Of a DNA stretch of 64,000 bases, positions 12,101 through 24,912 are shown one piece after another. The notes beneath the pieces were generated by a model. The model made no database searches and was not told the DNA's origin. It saw only the letters and a list, made by a program, of their open reading frames with translations. Source of the stretch: Eledone cirrhosa (lineage: Eukaryota). Every line of letters begins with the position of its first letter. Position 1 is the first letter of the stretch. A program made the position numbers and the translations under genes. Location of the stretch: the NCBI GenBank assembly GCA_964016885.1, contig OZ024741.1, positions 219,108,001 to 219,172,000 of the forward strand, written 5' to 3'.

Positions 12101-15072
12101 AACACACACTACTGCCAAACACACACTACTGCCATACACACACTACTGCCAAACACACACTACTGCCAAACACACACACTACTGCCATACACACACTACT
12201 GCCAAACACACACTACTGCCATACACACACTACTGCCAAACACACACTACTGCCAAACACACACTACTGCCATACACACACTACTGCCATACACACACTA
12301 CTGCCAAACACACACATTACTGCCAAACACACACTACTGCCATACACACACTACTGCCAAACACACATTCCTGCCATACACACACTACTGCCAAACACAC
12401 ACTACTGCCAAACACACACTACTGCCATACACACACTACTGCCAAACACACACTACTGCCATACACACACTACTGCCAAACATACACTACTGCCATACAC
12501 ACACTACTGCCAAACACACACACTACTGCCAAACACACACACTACTGCCAAACACACACTACTGCCATACACACACTACTGCCAAACATACACTACTGCC
12601 ATACACACACTACTGCCAAACACACATACTACTGCCAAACACACACACTACTGCCAAACACACACACTACTGCCAAACATACACTACTGCCAAACACACG
12701 CTACTGCCATACACACACCACTGCCAAACACACACATTACTGCCAAACACACACTACTGCCATACACACACTACTGCCAAACACACACTACTGCCATACA
12801 CACACTACTGCCAAACACACATTCCTGCCATACACACACTACTGCCAAACACACACTACTGCCAAACACACACTACTGCCAAACACACACTACTGCCATA
12901 CACACACTACTGCCAAACACACACTACTGCCAAACACACACTACTGCCATACACACACTACTGCCAAACACACACACTACTGCCATACACACACTACTGC
13001 CAAACACACACTACTGCCATACACACACTACTGCCAAACACACACACTACTGCCATACACACACTACTGCCAAACACACACTACTGCCATACACACACTA
13101 CTGCCAAACACACACTACTGCCATACACACACTACTGCCAAACATACACTACTGCCAAACACACACTACTGCCATACACACACTACTGTCAAACATACAC
13201 TACTGCCATACACACACTACTGCCAAACACACACACTACTTCCAAACACACACTAATGCCATACACACACTACTGCCAAACACACACTACTGCCAAACAC
13301 ACACTACTGCCAAACACACACACTACTGCCAAACACACACTACTGCCAAACACACACACTACTGCCAAACACACACTACTGCCAAACACACACTACTGCC
13401 AAACACACACACTACTGCCAAACACACACTACTGCCAAACACACACACTACTGCCAAACACACACACTACTGCCATACACACACTACTGCCAAACACACA
13501 CACTACTGCCATACACACACTACTGCCAAACACACACACTACTGCCAAACACACACACTACTGCCAAACACACACACTACTGCCAAACATACACTACTGC
13601 CAAACACACACACTACTGCCAAACACACACTACTGCCAAACACACACACTACTGCCAAACACACACTACTGCCAAACACACACACTACTGCCAAACACAC
13701 ACTACTGCCAAACATACACTACTGCCATACACACACTACTGCCAAACACACACACTACTGCCAAACACACACTACTGCCAAACACACACACTACTGCCAA
13801 ACACACACTACTGCCAAACATACACTACTGCCATGCACACACTACTGCCAAACACACACACTACTGCCATACACACACTACTGCCAAACACACACTACTG
13901 CCAAACACACACTACTGCCAAACACACACACTACTGCCAAACACACACTACTGCCAAACACACACACTACTGCCAAACACACACTACTGCCAAACACACA
14001 CTACTGCCAAACACACACACTACTGCCAAACACACACTACTGCCAAACACACACACTACTGCCAAACACACACACTACTGCCATACACACACTACTGCCA
14101 AACATACACTACTGCCATACACACACTACTGCCAAACACACACTACTGCCATACACACACTACTGCCAAACACACACACTACTGCCATACACACACTACT
14201 GCCAAACACACACACTACTGCCATACACACACTACTGCCAAACATACACTACTGCCATACACACACTACTGCCAAACACACACACTACTGCCATACACAC
14301 ACTACTGCCAAACACACACACTACTGCCATACACACACTACTGCCAAACATACACTACTGCCATACACACACTACTGCCAAACACACACTACTGCCATAC
14401 ACACACTACTGCCAAACACACACACTACTGCCATACACACACTACTGCCAAACACACACACTACTGCCATACACACACTACTGCCAAACACACACACTAC
14501 TGCCAAACACACACACTACTGCCAAACACACACACTACTGCCAAACATACACTACTGCCAAACACACACACTACTGCCAAACACACACTACTGCCAAACA
14601 CACACACTACTGCCATACATACACTACTGCCATACACACACTACTGCCAAACACACACACTACTGCCAAACACACACTACTGCCAAACACACACTACTGC
14701 CATACACACACTACTGCCAAACGCACACACTACTGCCATACACACACTACTGCCAAACACACACACTACTGCCAAACACACACACTACTGCCAAACACAC
14801 ACACTACTGCCAAACATACACTACTGCCAAACACACACACTACTGCCATACACACACTACTGCCAAACACACACTACTGCCATACACACACTACTGCCAA
14901 ACACACACACTACTGCCATACACACACTACTGCCAAACACACACACTACTGCCAAACACACACTACTGCCAAACATACACTACTGCCATACACACACTAC
15001 TGCCAAACACACACACTACTGCCAAACACACACACTACTGCCAAACACACACCCTACTGCCAAACATACACA
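9198..15072. repeat. 5.9-kb minisatellite, 17/19-bp unit CTACTGCCA(T/A)ACACACA(CA)
   Basis: Direct inspection; the 1845, 1107 and 485-aa ORFs are artefacts of a stop-free repeat. Confidence 0.97.
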
Positions 15073-15347
15073 CTTCACCTTTATTTCTATCATTCCCACC
15101 CACACCCTTCTGTACCACTCACCTTCTCTCTTCCTCATTTTTTATATCACTACGACCCCCTCTCCCTGGCCCACTCTCTCCTTCTTTATATCACTACCTC
15201 TCCCTCCCCCTCTCTTGCTCCCTCTCTCATTTGTTATATCACCACCCCACACTCTCTCCTTGCTCTCTCCAAATTCTCAATGAAATCTGATTTTAATTCT
15301 TCAAAGGTTTTTTTTCTGGAAATATTTTAACAATTTATTATTAATTA

Positions 15348-15782
15348 GGGCGGTGGATTGGCAGTATCAGTAGAGGGTCGGACGCCATGCTTTCCAGCAA
15401 AGAGTTACGTCCCTTTACGGTCTGAGTTCAAATCCCGCCGAGGTTAACTTTGCCTTTCATCCTTACGGGGTCGATAAAATAAAGTACCAGTAATGCACTG
15501 GGTAATTGCTGGCTTTGTGCCTAAAATAGAAACAATTATTAATTAAGGATGAAGATAGCATTATTCATGATGTTGTTGTTATAGGTAGATTGGCAGTATC
15601 GGTAGAGCATTGGCATAGATATATGACCCTTCATGTTCTGAGTTCAAATCCTGCCGAGGTTAAACTTTGCCTTTCATCCTTACAGTGTCAATAAAATAAA
15701 GTAACAGTAATGCACTGGGGAGGATTTAATCGACTTTCTTTCCCCAATATATTGTTGGCCTTGAGCCTAAATCAGAAACCAT
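15348..15782 (+). mobile_element. Two tRNA-derived SINE copies (15348-15540 near full length; 15583-15782)
   Basis: TGGCAGTATCAG A-box-like motif, GAGTTCAAATCC B-box, conserved core. Confidence 0.85.
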
Positions 15783-15791
15783 TTTTATTAT

Positions 15792-16185
15792 TCATCGTAG
15801 GAACAGCCGTTAAAACAGTCAAATGGTGTCAAAGACAGCGATAGGCAAACATTCCTCAGAGGACAATGACCAGTGCCATACATACAGAGAACCAATCCCT
15901 AGGTGGGTGACAGGCAGATGTAAATTGTGCAAAAGCATCTTGCTGGTTTCAGAGCTGATGAGTGTGAAGATGTGTGGGTGAACTTGACTTGCACATCATC
16001 TTTATTTCCATCTTCCAGTCAATTCTATATGACAACACACTTCTCCTTGTCCTTCTCTTTCCATCTTTTCTATATTTCACCTACCTGTCACCCACCTTGT
16101 GGATTGTCTCTGTCCTCTGAGGTATTTTAGCCTATCGCTGTCTTTGACAGCATTCAGTTGATTTAACAGTTGTTCTGGTGATGAT
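15792..16185. mobile_element. MITE-like element with ~80-bp imperfect terminal inverted repeats
   Basis: TGTCAAAGACAGCGATAGGC..CCTCAGAGGACA versus TGTCCTCTGAGG..GCCTATCGCTGTCTTTGACA. Confidence 0.6.
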
Positions 16186-16246
16186 TCATCTTTATATGAA
16201 TTCAAATACACTTTGTCTCAATCAGAGACAACATTGTTTATTCGTA

Positions 16247-16428
16247 TTGGCAGTATTGGTAGAGAGTCAGACGCCATGCTTTCCAGCATAGTTACGTCCC
16301 TTTACGGTTTGAGTTCAAATCTCGCCTAGGTTAATTTTGTCTTTCATCCTGACAGGGTCGATAAAATAAAGTATCAGTAATACACTGGGATAATTGCTGG
16401 CCTTGTGCCAAATGTAGAAACAATTATT
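16247..16428 (+). mobile_element. tRNA-derived SINE copy
   Basis: Same family as 15348-15540. Confidence 0.85.
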
Positions 16429-16440
16429 ATTTATTGTTCA

Positions 16441-16813
16441 TCTATAGATACATACATATAACGTCGTGCCCTTATAATATCTGTCTGTATGTCTAGCTGT
16501 CTGCATTACGTCACTTTCTACAATTCGCTCTGCGTCCAGAACGCGCCCTTATAATATCTGTCTGTATGTCTGGCTGACTGCTGCCTCCGGTTATTCTGTC
16601 ACCCTTGCTCAAGACAAATCTCACACTCATTCCCCAAACAGTTGGTAAGTGCATACAACTTCTTCCTCATGTTTTAAGCCACAATGTTGCTTATTTATGT
16701 ACCACCAGACCCTTACTTCTTTGCCAGCCGTGGTTGTGGCAATACTAAGCTTAGCTAAGGTGGTTATATATTTCACAATACCTTATCCCATGCAACGCCG
16801 GGTACCACTGCTA

Positions 16814-16814
<1 letters not shown>
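16441..16814 (+). mobile_element. Non-autonomous Helitron (374 bp)
   Basis: A|TC 5' end; subterminal hairpin CCCATGCAACGCCGGG 8 nt before CTAG|T; inserted between A and T without TSD; internal TCTGTCTG repeats. Confidence 0.75.
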
Positions 16815-16851
<37 letters not shown>

Positions 16852-16924
16852 TGTATACATATATATATATATGTGTATATATATATATGTATATATATAT
16901 ATATGTATATATATGTATATATAT

Positions 16925-16956
<32 letters not shown>

Positions 16957-17175
16957 TGTGTTCTTTTGAGCAGAACATCTTTTTAACTCCTGACTCTTCA
17001 CACGATGCCTTTGACACTAATAACAATTATGTACCCTAAATGTTCTAAATGACTAGGATTTTAGTTACATGCTTCAACATTCCTTATGCTCCGATGATTC
17101 CAGACTTCCCTCTGGAAGAAACAATTGACTGCCAATAAATGTTCTAAACTAAAATTTGATCGCTTTAACACTTTG

Positions 17176-17227
<52 letters not shown>

Positions 17228-17836
17228 GTCAGGTCACCAGTTAGTGCTACTGGTAACATATATCCCAGTACAACCTGTCCCATGGTCGCGTTGTTGGCGA
17301 CTAAACTGGCAACCCCACCAAGGTTTCTTGGTGAGGAGGGTGAATTTCGACATTCTGCAGGACTAAAAACAAAACCTGTCAAAGGGCAAAGGAGCTCTTA
17401 AGAGTCAATGGCCATCCAAAATCACCGGGAGAGATGACTCCTTAGCCTTTGTCAAGGCAGAATTCTAGGAGAAGGAAAACTCTGATATAGCACCTGCAAC
17501 CCTGATGGTATCCAATGATGTTGACTTGTTCTTCTTTTTGGTAAATATCATCTTGGTTAAGAGAGTGGGACTGGCTTTGTGCAGTGCCTTTGCTCACTAT
17601 AAAAGCTTCACGGCACAGGCATTGCTTTATATCTGGAGATCTCTCTGCACTTGTCGTCACATGGTACCATGGGCCCAGTACTATGTGTCAATAATTGTCA
17701 CAAGTGTAGTGTTTGTACCAGAGTTTTCAAGTCGCTGGCTGGACTAAGAAGTCACACTCATTCAGTGCATCGGTAGGGGTTCTCCTACATGGATATAAAG
17801 TAGTGGCCGTACTTGAAAACGAGTTGGCAGCTACCA
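17228..17836 (+). mobile_element. Internally deleted (bipartite) RTE/BovB-like element: 5'UTR fused to 3' end
   Basis: 5' part has RTE 5'UTR-like motifs (GGCGACTAAA; CTAGGAGAAGGAAAACTCTGA); 3' part encodes C2H2 finger CSVCTRVFKSLAGLRSHTHSVH (17705-17770); flanked by (TA)n. Confidence 0.6.
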
Positions 17837-18134
17837 TATATATATATATATATATATATGTGTGTATTTATATATATATAAGGGATAACAAAATATCGTT
17901 ATAGGTAATCCAGTTAGACAACTTAATCAGTGAAACAATTGTTAATACTGTAAATAAAACCCTTTTTTTGTACTGTTGAACATGTTATTCTTCACTCTTT
18001 CAATATTTATATATATATATTACGATTTCTACTGTTGTTATTCCAACTGTTTTCCCTTTTGTGATGTCCTCCTTTCCTTTGCATGATATAAACCCCACTT
18101 TGTGGTGTTTTGTCCTTGTATTGTCCCCAAAGTC

Positions 18135-18699
18135 TTTGGCCCTTTCAGTTCCTTTTCTGCATATCGAACATGGCCATTTCCCTGACAGAATCAGAGTTTT
18201 GTCCTCTTTTCTACTGATCAACACTTTTGTCTTAGCTAGGTTCACTCTCCGTCCTCTTGCTTCCAACCGCTGTTTCCATAGCCAGAATTTATTCTCTAGC
18301 TCTTCTACTGATTCTACTATAAGAACCAGATCGTCAGCATAGAGAAGTTCCCATGGACAGCCAGTCTTAAACTCCTCTGTTATGGCTTGGAGGACAAATG
18401 AACAAGAGCGGGCTGAGGACCGAACCTTGATGTACTCCTACTTGTATCTGGAATTCCTCACTAAACCCCATTCCTACCCTGACTTTACTGACAGCACCTC
18501 TGTACAAAGTTTGCACTGTCCTCACAAGCCATTCCTCAACACCTAGTTTCCTTAGGGATCACCAGATGACAGATCGGGGTACTCTATCAAAGGCCTTCTC
18601 TAGGTCAACAAAGGCTAAGTATAGTGGCTTATTTTTCTCTAAGAACCTCTCTTGTAATTGTCTCACCAAGAAGAGGGCATCTGTTGTACTTTTCCCAGG

Positions 18700-18700
<1 letters not shown>
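18135..18700 (-). mobile_element. RTE family A internal RT fragment
   Basis: Near-identical to 34855-35412 ([12 protein letters not shown] region). Confidence 0.9.
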
Positions 18701-18730
<30 letters not shown>

Positions 18731-18764
18731 TTATATATATATGTATATATGTATATGTATATAA

Positions 18765-19758
18765 GAATGTAGGATTCACATGCAGCAGCTGTGCTGAAAC
18801 AGCAAGCAAACAGCCACAGGAAACAAGTACCACCAATCTCTGGGAGGGCCCTGTAGAAACAGTAGACAGCTTCTGCTACCTAGGTGACCGAATTAGCAAC
18901 GGAGGTGGGTGCTCAGAAAGTACAATAACTAGGGTAAGAACGGGATGGAAGAAGTTTAGGGAACTACTACCACTGCTAGCTGCAAAAGGCTTCTCCCTCA
19001 GAATGAAAGGCAGACTGTATGATGCGTGTATCCGAACAGCGATGTTGCATGGTAGTGAGACCTGGGCGCTGAAGGTGGAAGACTTACGTAGATTAGAGAG
19101 AAACGAAGCCTGCATGCTCCGATGGATGTGTAACAGTAATATACGTGAACGACAAAGCATAAATGAATTGAGAGAGAGACTGAGCATAAGAGGAATCAAA
19201 TGCTGCGTGCAGGAGAGGCGGTTACGCTGGTATGGACATGTGATGCGTATGAAGGATGACAGCTGCATAAAAAGGTGCAGAGCACTAGAAGTTGATGGAA
19301 ACCGCGGAGTGGGGAGACCCAAGATGACTTGGGATGAGGTGATAAAAGCCGACTTTACCCAACTACACCTCTCAAAGTCAATGACACACGACCGTGACTT
19401 CTGGCGTCACGCAGTAATACAGGGTACCCGACCTCCCATGGGTACATGCTGAAGCACATAAACAATATGCCCCCCCCCCCCCCCCCCCACCGCAAGGTGG
19501 TCGTGGAGGTGCCACGGCAAAAAAGCACCCAGCCCACACTGTAAAGTGGACGTGTAGGCGCCACGAAAAAGCACCCAGCACTCACTGTAAATGAGGTTGG
19601 TGTTAGGAAGGGCATCCAGCTGTAGAAATCAAGCCAGATCAGTTCCTGTATGAGCAAGGCATGGTCAGCCGACCAGACACTGCCCACAACAGGACAACCC
19701 GTCTAACCCATGCTAGCGTGGAAGAACGGACGTAAAACAGTGATGATGATGATGATGA
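18765..19758 (+). mobile_element. RTE family C 3' fragment with 3'UTR and (GAT)n tail
   Basis: [44 protein letters not shown]. Confidence 0.92.
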
Positions 19759-20074
19759 TATATATATGAATATATAAGTATATGTATGTATATATATGTA
19801 TATATATATGCATATATAAGTATATATATATATATATACAAAAGTGGCCAGACCACTCTGTAAAGTTGTCGTGTAGGTATCACAAAAAGCATCCAGCCCA
19901 CACTGTAAATATGGTTGGCATTAGGAAGGGCATCCAGTTGTAGAAATAAGTTGTGTGTAGCTAAACATAGTCCTCCGACTTGACTTGTCTCACAAATGGA
20001 CAGCTTTTCTAACCCATGCTAGAGTGGAAAATGTACATTAAATGATGTTGCATGTATGTATGTATGCATGTAAT

Positions 20075-20237
20075 GCCAGACTTCTATAGTTTCCATCGAC
20101 TATATTTGACTCACAAGACATTGATCAACTAAAGACTATCATAGAAGACACTTGACCAAGTTATTGCTGTGAAGTAAGACTGAACCTAAAACTCTGTAGT
20201 TGTGAAGAAATCTCCTGAACTATACAGCCATACCTAT
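20075..20237 (-). mobile_element. Degenerate tRNA-derived SINE (second family)
   Basis: Minus strand TGGCTGTATAG..GGTTCAGTC..CTTGGTCAAGTGTCTTCTATGATAG..CTTGTGAGT. Confidence 0.55.
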
Positions 20238-20940
20238 GCTTTGTTTCGTTTTGTTTTTAATTTATATTTGTATTTTAATCCATTATATTTACAGATTTAT
20301 TTCATCTCAAAATATTTTATAAATTTTTTCAGTTGATCATATTTTTCAATTTGTTAAATTATTTATTATTTTTAATTCTTTTATCATTATCGTTTATCTC
20401 TTTTCTCTTTTTTTTTCTGTTTCTCCAACACAAAGATAATTTTCCATTATTTCGAAATAATAATAAAAACAAATAAATATTTCATTTATTTTCGTCTAAT
20501 GTCTATTTATAAACCCAGTTAATTATTACAGTTATTATGAAAAAGAAAATTTAGTTTTCTATTATCTAGTTTTCTATTATTATTTCTAACTTTGCTTTAA
20601 TTTAATTGGCACATACTATAGAAATCTGCACAACACCAACCACATGCTATAATTTTCTTTCATTATTGCCTCACCTTAGAAGATTTATATATACATCTGT
20701 GAAGGCCAGTGACCTAGCGGTTAGGGTGTCGGACCCATCAACATAAGGAAGGTCAAGGGTTTGATTCTGGGACTGAGATGAGTGTCATGTTCTTCAGCGA
20801 AATATTTTACTTCATGTTGTTCCTTTTGTCCCTTTGTCCTGTATGCATGTGTCATCATCATCATCATCATCACCATTTAATGTCCATTTTTCCATGCTAG
20901 CATGGGTTTGACGAGTTGTTCCATTGTGAGACAAGTCCAA

Positions 20941-21410
20941 ACAACCACCTTACAGTGTCAACTGAGCATTTTTTGTCATGGCACCAAAACAACCACTTTA
21001 CAGTGAGGACTGGGTGCTTTTTGTTGTGGCACCAAAACAACCACTTTACAGTGTAGACTGGATGCTTTTTGTTGTGGGACCAATACGACCACTTTACAGT
21101 GAGGACTGGGTGTTTTTTGTCATGACACCAATATGATCACTTTACAGCATAGACTGGGTGCTTTTTGTCATGGTACCAAAACAACCACTTTACAGTGTAG
21201 ACTGGATTTTTTTTTTTTTGTCATGACACCAAAACAACCACTTTACAGTGTAGACTGGATGCTTTTTGTTGTGGGACCAATACGACCACTTTACAGTGAG
21301 GACTGGGTGTTTTTTGTCATGACACCAATACGATCACTTTACAGCATAGAATGGGTGCTTTTTGTCACGGCACTAAAATAACCACTTTACAGTGTAGACT
21401 GAATGCTTTT
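20941..21410. repeat. ~47-bp tandem repeat, ~10 copies, derived from an RTE 3'UTR
   Basis: Unit ACCACTTTACAGTGTAGACTGGGTGCTTTTTGTTGTGGCACCAAAACA matches the motif present 2-3 times at 5015-5125; preceded by an RTE tail at 20853-20920 (minus). Confidence 0.85.
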
Positions 21411-21611
21411 TCTCCCTAAACTACCAAAACACACATCTATTTGTATATACGCTACAATTTATGTACATGTTATGTATATTGCATATTGGAGTTTTTTATA
21501 TCTTAGTTGACATTTGATAATTATAGCTAAATTAATCATTACAACTAAATTAACCAAATTTGCCCCACCCCTCACAATTAAGAAAAACTTCCACCACCCC
21601 TGTATCATAAT

Positions 21612-22155
21612 GATTTCTGATATAGGCACAAGGACAACAATTTTTGGGTGGGGATGTGAAAGTCGATTAAATAGACCCCAGTGTGTTACTGGTTCTTTAT
21701 TTTATAGACCTCACATCAATGAAAAGCAAAGCTAACTTTGGCCAGATTTAATCTCAGGAATGTAAAGGGTCGTAACTCTATGCTGGGAGGCATGTTGTCC
21801 GATGCTCTACCGATTCTGCCAATCCACCTCCCTTTGATATTATAATGGTTTCTGATTTAAGCAGAAGGACAACAATTTTGGAGGAGGGGAAAATTGACTA
21901 AATTGACCCTAATACATTACTGGTACTTTATTTTATCAACCCAGTAGGAAAGGAAGGCAAAGGTAACCTTTAGATATTACAATTGTTTCTACTTTATGGC
22001 ACAAGGCCAGCAATTACCCCAGTACATTACTGGTACTTTATTTTATCGATCCCGTAAGGATGAAAGGCAAAGTTGACCTCGGTGGGATTTGAACTCAGAT
22101 CATAAATGACTGGATGGTCTGGCATGTCATTCTAATAACTCTGCTAATTCACTGC
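21612..22155 (-). mobile_element. Three tRNA-SINE copies or fragments
   Basis: Same core as 5521-6290. Confidence 0.8.
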
Positions 22156-23480
22156 CACACACACACACAGATACACACACACACACACACAGATACATAC
22201 ATACACAGACACACACAGAGATACATAGACACAGTCACACACAGATACATAGACACAGACACACACAGATGCATACATACACAGACACACAGAGATACAT
22301 ACAGACACAGTCACACACAGATACATACATACACAGACACACACAGATACATACAGACACACACACAGATGCATACATACACAGACACACAGAGATACAT
22401 ACAGACACACACACACAGATACATACAGACACACACAGATGCATACAGACACACACACAGAGAGATACATACAGACACAGTCACACACACACACACACAC
22501 AGACACACACAGATACATAGACACAGACACACACACAGATACATACATACACAGACAACCACACAGATACATACAGACACAGACACACACACAGATACAT
22601 AGTCACAGACACACAGATACATAGACACAGACACACACAGATACACAGACACACACAGATACATACAGACACAGACACACACAGATACATACAGACACAG
22701 ACACACACAGATACATAGACACAGACACACACAGATACATACATACATACACAGACACACACAGATGCATAGTCACAGACACACACAGATACATACAGAC
22801 ACAGACACACACAGATACATAGACACAGACACACACAGATACATACATACACAGACACACACAGATGCATAGTCACAGACACACACAGATACATACAGAC
22901 ACAGACACACACAGATACATAGTCACAGACACACACAGATACATACAGACACACACAGATACATAGACACAGACACACAGAGATACATACAGACACAGAC
23001 ACACACAGATACATACAGACACAGACACACACAGATACACACAGATACATACAGACAGACACAGACACACACAGATACATACAGACACAGACACACACAG
23101 ATACATAGACACAGACACACACAGATACATACAGACACAGACACACACAGATACATACAGACACAGACACACACAGATACATAGTCACAGACACACACAG
23201 ATACATAGTCACAGACACACACAGATACATTCAGACACAGACACACACAGATACATACATACACAGACACACACAGATACATAGACACAGACACACAGAG
23301 CTACATTCAGACACAGACACACACAGATACATACATACAGACAGACACACACACAGATATACACACACATACATACATACACACAGACACACACATACAG
23401 ACACTGCCACACACAGATAAACATATACACACACAGACACATACATACATACATTCACACGAATACAGACACTGCCACAC
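22156..23480. repeat. Compound (CA)n/ACAGAT/ACAGAC microsatellite
   Basis: Direct inspection. Confidence 0.95.
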
Positions 23481-23565
23481 AAGCACACAAACACCGACGC
23501 ACCCACTGAGTCGATAAAATAAATAAAGTACCAGTAATGGGTGGCCTTGTGCCAAAAGTAGAAAC

Positions 23566-23612
<47 letters not shown>

Positions 23613-23640
23613 TATATATATATATACATATATATATATT

Positions 23641-23676
<36 letters not shown>

Positions 23677-23778
23677 CATATATATATTTGTTAAAATAAC
23701 AGATTAAAGTTTAAGCAAAGTATCGCTGCTTTCACCCTTTTAGTCTTCAAATTTATTATTATTACTATATATATATAT

Positions 23779-23843
<65 letters not shown>

Positions 23844-23844
23844 C

Positions 23845-23883
<39 letters not shown>

Positions 23884-23889
<6 letters not shown>

Positions 23890-23992
23890 AGATGTATGAT
23901 AGGTCGTATGTGAATCGCGATGATCACGTCTGACCTACCAAATATGTGACGGTAGCTAGTTAAGCTCTATGCGTATACGCAGAGCAGAAATA
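23884..23992 (-). mobile_element. Isolated fragment of the tandem Penelope-like element's 5'UTR
   Basis: Reverse complement of ~40921-41030; embedded in (TA)n. Confidence 0.85.
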
Positions 23993-24038
23993 TATATATA
24001 CATATATATATTTATTAAAATAACATATATATATATAC

Positions 24039-24095
<57 letters not shown>

Positions 24096-24187
24096 CATAT
24101 ATATATATATATGCAGTAATTGTATTTCCTCTTATAAGACGGTAGGTAATGTGATTAAATAGAAAGTTGGTTATTATTTCTACCAAA

Positions 24188-24312
24188 TCGAGCGCACGTG
24201 TCAGTTTCGCCAGCTGTTGCCATGACAGTCCCACACTTAGTTTGAGCGCCGTTGCCATAGTGACAACGCAGGAGTAACTAAGCCAGTCGGAACTACCGCC
24301 TATCGCTGGTGT
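24188..24312. promoter_or_regulatory. Candidate host promoter with RFX X-boxes
   Basis: Local CpG enrichment; GTTGCCATAGTGAC (24251-24264, reverse complement GTCACT-AT-GGCAAC); second site GTTGCCATGACAG (24216-24228); E-box CACGTG (24195-24200). Confidence 0.5.
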
Positions 24313-24912
24313 GTGTTTGTATATATTATATACGCACAGGTTTTTTTTTGAGAAGTTTTAAGTGGAAAGAAGAAGGTAAAAAATAATGATTTTAAATAAA
24401 TTTAATTTCGCTGTATTTTAGATCTCTCTGCTTTGCTGTTTAGTAGAACCTATAATAGTAATGCTTTCTTTATTGGCCACACACAGCTCTCATTAAGAAG
24501 ACATTAAAGACGGTACAGGTCGATACTGTGGCAATTTTTGTGTAAAATAGAATTTATAACCGAGATTTTGCCTTTCATCCTTACGGGGTCGATAAAATAA
24601 AGTCCCAGTAACGTACTGGGGTCGATTTAATCGACTTTCCCCTCCCCCAAATTGCTGGCCTTGTGCCTATACTAGAAATCATTAAGAAAATGAACATTTT
24701 ATAAAAACAGACATAACAAATTGCCCAAAGGTGAGAAGACTCGAAAGGTTACTCGCGGAGGAAGCCCACAAAAGCCATGGTCACCCTGATCGATGGAGCA
24801 AGCGCCCTCACCTAGTTGTCCTCCTTCAATACTACAGACACACGCTCAGAGCAGGCCCATTCACACGGGCCATTCTTGCCTCTCTCACCCACCTTTCAAC
24901 ACACATAATAAT

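Noticed and set aside
9746-15290. 1845, 1107 and 485-aa His/Thr-rich ORFs
   Set aside because: Open in several frames because the 17/19-bp repeat lacks stop codons, and the unit length is not a multiple of three
17696-17776. Host C2H2 zinc-finger gene
   Set aside because: Single finger without TGEKP linkers in an RTE 3'-end context; better explained as a LINE C-terminus
17925-17950. Hammerhead 3' half GAAAC-AATT-GTT
   Set aside because: The CUGANGA half is missing, so it is only a probable pseudo-LTR remnant
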